Shown piece after piece: positions 53,600 through 57,109 of a DNA stretch of 57,109 nucleotides. The stretch's first letter is position 1, and the number at the start of each line of letters is the position of its first letter. Both the position numbers and the translations under genes were made by a program. The notes under the pieces were generated by a model. The model was given only the letters and a program-made list of their open reading frames with translations, did no database searches and was not told where the DNA came from. Source of the DNA: a virus (taxonomy: Duplodnaviria; Caudoviricetes); IMG/VR virus record IMGVR_UViG_3300047300_000237, positions 1-57,109 of that record. One strand, written 5' to 3'.

Positions 53600-54184
53600 A
53601 TGAAATTGATTCTTACGGACTGTGATGGTGTTCTCCTAGACTGGAACGCCACGTTTATTGAGTGGATGGCCCTCCAGGGTTATCAAGAAGTTCGCACGGA
53701 TGTCTATGGCATCAACGAACGCTACGGCATTGACAAGAAGAAGAGCAAGGAACTGGTCCGCGAGTTCAACGAGAGCGCAGCTATTGGGTTCTTGAAGCCA
53801 TTCCGTGACGCCCTTTACTACGTTCGGCGCATGTATGAAGAGCAGGGCTATCGGTTCCGTGTGATTACCAGCCTGAGCAAGGACCCATGGGCAGTTAAGG
53901 CGCGTGAAGCAAACCTTAAGCAGTTCTTTGGTGATGCCATTGAGAGCGTCATTTGTCTTGACTGTGGTGCCGACAAGGACGAAGCACTTGCTCCCTATAA
54001 GGACAGCGGCCTGTTCTGGATTGAAGATAAGCCCGAGAACGTTGAGGCTGGGCTAAAGGTTGGTCTCCGTGGCATTCTGATCGATCACGAACATAACGCC
54101 AACACCATGGTCAATGTTGGTGGCAAGCTGGCGTTTCGTGCTGAAACGTGGGCAGACATTTACGATGTGGTAAAGGGTCGTTGA
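53600..54184 (+). CDS. HAD-superfamily 5'-nucleotidase-like protein
   Basis: DCDGVL, VITS, IEDKPEN. Confidence 0.88.
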   Translation: MKLILTDCDGVLLDWNATFIEWMALQGYQEVRTDVYGINERYGIDKKKSKELVREFNESAAIGFLKPFRDALYYVRRMYEEQGYRFRVITSLSKDPWAVKAREANLKQFFGDAIESVICLDCGADKDEALAPYKDSGLFWIEDKPENVEAGLKVGLRGILIDHEHNANTMVNVGGKLAFRAETWADIYDVVKGR

Positions 54185-54186
54185 TA

Positions 54187-54194
54187 TATAAATA
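54187..54194 (+). promoter_or_regulatory. T4-type late promoter
   Basis: Exact TATAAATA before ATG 54217. Confidence 0.8.
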
Positions 54195-54216
54195 GACGCA
54201 ATAAGGAGTCTATTAT

Positions 54217-54894
54217 ATGCTATCATTTGCCGCTTTTCTATCTTTGGTTGAAGAAGTCCTAGACGAGGGTCTTCATGATCAAGCCCGCCGCAAGGTTATC
54301 TTCCTAGCAGGTGGTCCTGGTTCGGGTAAGTCTTATGTATCAAAGAAGACTACGCATGGTCTTGGCTTCAAGCATGTCAACTCGGATGACCTATTCGAGA
54401 AGGGTATGAAGAAGCACGGTATGGCAGCAACTCCTGAGAATATCTATTCCAAGAAGGGTCAAGAGATTCGCGCCCATGCCAAGGAACTAACTAAGAAGCG
54501 TGAACACCACTACACCAAGGGTCGCCTCGGCATGGTTATTGATGGCACCGGTAAAGACCCAGAGAAGATCAAGCGCCACTCAGAGCGTCTCCGTAAGATG
54601 GGCTACGATACACACATGGTATTCGTAAACACCTCACTGGAAACAGCCCAGAAGCGCAATGCCCAGCGCGAACGTTCGCTGCCCACACATGAAGTAGAAA
54701 AGATGCACCGTCAGGTTCAAAGTAACCTCGGTCACTTCCAGAAGCACTTCGGTCGCGAACACATGCATATTGTGGACAATGACCATGCAGACGAACATGC
54801 CCTGCACCAGGTCCACAAGCACATTCGTAAGATTGCCCAGTCGGAAGTTCGTAATCCTATCGGCAAGAGAGAAGACGCCGCTCACCAAAAATAA
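54217..54894 (+). CDS. His-rich zeta-toxin/AAA-like P-loop kinase, putative internal head protein
   Basis: LAGGPGSGKS, VNSDD, VIDGTG, RNAQRER; MLSF..F..EE leader; about 9% His. Confidence 0.8.
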   Translation: MLSFAAFLSLVEEVLDEGLHDQARRKVIFLAGGPGSGKSYVSKKTTHGLGFKHVNSDDLFEKGMKKHGMAATPENIYSKKGQEIRAHAKELTKKREHHYTKGRLGMVIDGTGKDPEKIKRHSERLRKMGYDTHMVFVNTSLETAQKRNAQRERSLPTHEVEKMHRQVQSNLGHFQKHFGREHMHIVDNDHADEHALHQVHKHIRKIAQSEVRNPIGKREDAAHQK

Positions 54895-54898
54895 CCGC

Positions 54899-54959
54899 TT
54901 GACATTTCGGTCGAATCTGCTACATTTAGAAAGTAGTCAGTGAGAGAAAGTGATTCGAA
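54899..54959 (+). promoter_or_regulatory. Early promoter cassette
   Basis: TTGACA..CGAATCTGC-TACATT..AGTAGTCAGTGAGAGAAAGTGATTCGAA-ATG. Confidence 0.85.
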
Positions 54960-55154
54960 ATGCTCCAAGTTGCCCTCGACCTCGTTGTGATCCACGAAGA
55001 ACTCCCTGTTCGGGTGTGGTACGTTGAACCCCGCGAGAAGGTCTGGCTGGTCAAGCCCGATGGGGTCATGAAGTTGTTTCCTGTCGAAGAAGTTCTGGCG
55101 ATGCCCGTTGCTCCTGCTGCCCTTGCTGCTGGGGCTTTTGCCGCTACGAAATAA
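54960..55154 (+). CDS. Hypothetical early protein
   Basis: Follows the cassette. Confidence 0.7.
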   Translation: MLQVALDLVVIHEELPVRVWYVEPREKVWLVKPDGVMKLFPVEEVLAMPVAPAALAAGAFAATK

Positions 55155-55158
55155 TCGC

Positions 55159-55219
55159 TTGACATTTGGTCGCGAATCGAGTATATTATAAAAGTAGTCA
55201 GTGAGAAAGGTGATTTGTT
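55159..55219 (+). promoter_or_regulatory. Early promoter cassette
   Basis: TTGACATTTGGTCGCGAATCGAG-TATATT..AGTAGTCAGTGAGAAAGG. Confidence 0.85.
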
Positions 55220-55576
55220 ATGGCTTATATGTGTCAGAGTGAGAAGGCCCGTCTGGCCCCGAAGATCAAGTCGATCCTCAAGAAGTATGGTATGAAGGGG
55301 TCGCTTGCGGTTCGCAACTACAGCACCCTGGTTCTCAACCTTAAAGAAGGTCCTCTTGACCTCGCTGATCCTGAGCGTGGTTACAGTCAGGTCAATATGT
55401 ATTGGCTTGCTGATAACTATCAGGGCAAGGAACTTGCCTTCCTTCAGGAAATCAAGGCTGCTATGAACGATGGCAACCATGATAACAGCAACGCCATGAT
55501 CGATTACTTCGATGTTGGTTGGTACGTCAACGTCAACGCTGGTCAGTGGGACAAGCCTTACAAGAAGGTAGCATAA
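55220..55576 (+). CDS. Conserved phage hypothetical early protein
   Basis: MAYM.Q..K, DNSNAMIDYFDVGWY..GQWDKPY. Confidence 0.85.
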   Translation: MAYMCQSEKARLAPKIKSILKKYGMKGSLAVRNYSTLVLNLKEGPLDLADPERGYSQVNMYWLADNYQGKELAFLQEIKAAMNDGNHDNSNAMIDYFDVGWYVNVNAGQWDKPYKKVA

Positions 55577-55854
55577 TGTATACTGTGGAAGAAACACTTG
55601 ATCAGATTAACCGACTCGATGGTTGGGGTGAACTCCTCGACACCTGGTCGGTCGAGGATCGCACCGCAATCGTGTGGAACGAAGAGGTAGAAGACAAGCA
55701 GGGCAATGGTACTTGGCGTACCTCGTATGTTGTTCGATACTGGGAGAACAACGAGTGGATCGATACTCGGTCGTTCTACACCGAAGACGCGGCTCTTGAC
55801 TTCGCCCGTGATTTTGTCAACGGGCCGCATCGCCTGCCTTATCCCACGGATTGA
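55576..55854 (+). CDS. Hypothetical protein
   Basis: TAATG-coupled ORF. Confidence 0.7.
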   Translation: MYTVEETLDQINRLDGWGELLDTWSVEDRTAIVWNEEVEDKQGNGTWRTSYVVRYWENNEWIDTRSFYTEDAALDFARDFVNGPHRLPYPTD

Positions 55855-55856
55855 TC

Positions 55857-56435
55857 ATGGCTTTCTCTAATGAAGATGTAACGAAGATCGGCGCCATCAA
55901 GAGGCTCATCCGTAATCGCCTTGAATTGTTTGATGACCAACTTCCTAAGCATGTCACTCAATATTTGAAAGACGGTATTATCACAGGTGGGGCATTTGCC
56001 TCCCTGTGGCATCATGAAGAGCCTAAGGACTGGGACTTCTATTTCAACGATAGTAATATGATGTCCAATTTTCAGGCTCTTGTATATAATACCAGTCCCA
56101 ACAGCATGATGATGGATCATGTCAAGGACGCTGGACCATACTTCAAGCAGACACAGATTGATGGCAAGTTGGTTACCGCTAATGCGGTGACATTCAAATG
56201 TGGTCTCCAGATGATCATCATGGCTACGGCCAATCACCGCAAGTATTTCGATTTTGTCCATTGTATGCCATACTATGACTACAACAAGGATGAATTGCGG
56301 GTCAGTCCTCAGCAACTGGACTCCATCAAGCGTAAGCAGATTATCAAGAACCCTAATTTCAAGGGCACACCGAAGCCGTTTCGGGTAGAGAAGTATCTTG
56401 ATCGCGGCTGGGGTCTATTGACAGAAACCGCTTGA
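55857..56435 (+). CDS. Pol-beta-superfamily nucleotidyltransferase-like protein
   Basis: ITGGAFAS...KDWDFY, FDFVHC, RVEKYLDRGW. Confidence 0.75.
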   Translation: MAFSNEDVTKIGAIKRLIRNRLELFDDQLPKHVTQYLKDGIITGGAFASLWHHEEPKDWDFYFNDSNMMSNFQALVYNTSPNSMMMDHVKDAGPYFKQTQIDGKLVTANAVTFKCGLQMIIMATANHRKYFDFVHCMPYYDYNKDELRVSPQQLDSIKRKQIIKNPNFKGTPKPFRVEKYLDRGWGLLTETA

Positions 56436-56459
56436 CATTTCCTACGAATCTGCTATTGT
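56432..56459 (+). promoter_or_regulatory. Early promoter cassette
   Basis: TTGACATTTCCTACGAATCTGC-TATTGT. Confidence 0.8.
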
Positions 56460-56487
56460 AAGAATATAGAGTGAAAAGGAGATAGTT

Positions 56488-56745
56488 ATGCGAGTCGAAC
56501 CTGTTGGTCTGAATATCCAGGGCGTTGTGAGCCAGATTTGTGATTTCTTGGCTTATGTCGGTGACTTTTATGCCGATGGTGGTCTTTACGATATGGGTGC
56601 TACCTCGCGCCAGATTGTTGATGCCTTCGACATTTACGCCAAGCGCGTTGGTTATGAGAACCTCGCACTAGATTCGGTCGACCGTGAAGGCGTCCGTGAT
56701 GTTATGATTGAACTCTTTGGATTGAAGTTTCCCCATGAAGCATAA
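56488..56745 (+). CDS. Hypothetical protein
   Basis: AGGAG RBS; DSVDREGVRD. Confidence 0.75.
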   Translation: MRVEPVGLNIQGVVSQICDFLAYVGDFYADGGLYDMGATSRQIVDAFDIYAKRVGYENLALDSVDREGVRDVMIELFGLKFPHEA

Positions 56746-57109
56746 GTGGATTGAACAACTAAACGAGTCCGACAGCCGCCTGCATAAGGAAGATGTTCTT
56801 ATGCGGGCCCTGGCTGCAAAGGACCATATTTTCCTCAACGGTCTGCGGATCTGTTATAATCCGTATATCACTTTTGGTGTGAAGCAGATACCGTCAACGG
56901 AGAGCATCACTGGTGCACCTAATCCGTATGAGGAGTTTGAAGACCTGCTTACCAACCTGATGATCCGTCAGTTGACTGGTAATGCGGCTCGGGATGCCAT
57001 TCTTGGTCTGTCACTCAAGTTTGACAGTGACGAATGGAATCTGTTCCTTGCTCCTATCCTGCGCCGTGATATGCGGTGCGGTATCAGTGAGAAGACCATC
57101 AACAAAATC
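56735..57109 (+). CDS. 30: ATP-dependent DNA ligase, N-terminal part (3'-truncated; absent from ORF track)
   Basis: SRLHKE, YNPYITFGVK, RQLTGNAARDAI, ILRRDMRCGISEKTINK. Confidence 0.88.
   Translation, partial: MKHKWIEQLNESDSRLHKEDVLMRALAAKDHIFLNGLRICYNPYITFGVKQIPSTESITGAPNPYEEFEDLLTNLMIRQLTGNAARDAILGLSLKFDSDEWNLFLAPILRRDMRCGISEKTINKI

Noticed and set aside
54926-55597. 223-aa minus-strand ORF
   Set aside because: Runs antisense across two + genes and their promoter cassettes; no recognisable motif
34844-56459. Dispersed ~60-nt repeats as a CRISPR array or mobile-element ends
   Set aside because: Not regularly spaced; each has -35/-10 boxes and precedes a start codon, so they are promoters

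Overview
A 57-kb piece of a large T4-like (Tevenvirinae-related) myophage genome, almost entirely coded on the + strand. The host is inferred to be an alphaproteobacterium from a GapR homologue and GANTC-bearing promoters; a G-1/C73 tRNA-His favours a Sphingomonadales-type host. In order: replication core (gp43, uvsX, gp41); a late block of His-rich putative internal-head proteins, Dps and a split lysis system; primase and nucleotide metabolism (thyX, MazG-like, nrdA/grx/nrdB, rnh, speD); a 7-kb RNA operon (30.2-37.1 kb) holding 27 of the window's 28 tRNA genes (all 20 amino acids, three of atypical architecture) interleaved with about nine non-tRNA structured RNAs, including an ~840-nt GOLLD-like RNA with an embedded tRNA-like domain; a GT2/Coq4/QueC-like/radical-SAM/sulfotransferase island; and an early region of small genes ending in a truncated DNA ligase. 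Main leads: (1) the boxA-led tRNA/ornate-RNA operon; (2) a repeated sigma70 promoter cassette with CGAATC/TGATTCG (CcrM/GcrA-type) sites; (3) His-rich, apparently capsid-targeted ligase-like, nucleotidyltransferase and kinase enzymes; (4) a probable programmed -1 frameshift at 29092. Family calls come from motif recognition by eye and RNA folds from manual pairing; no searches were run.
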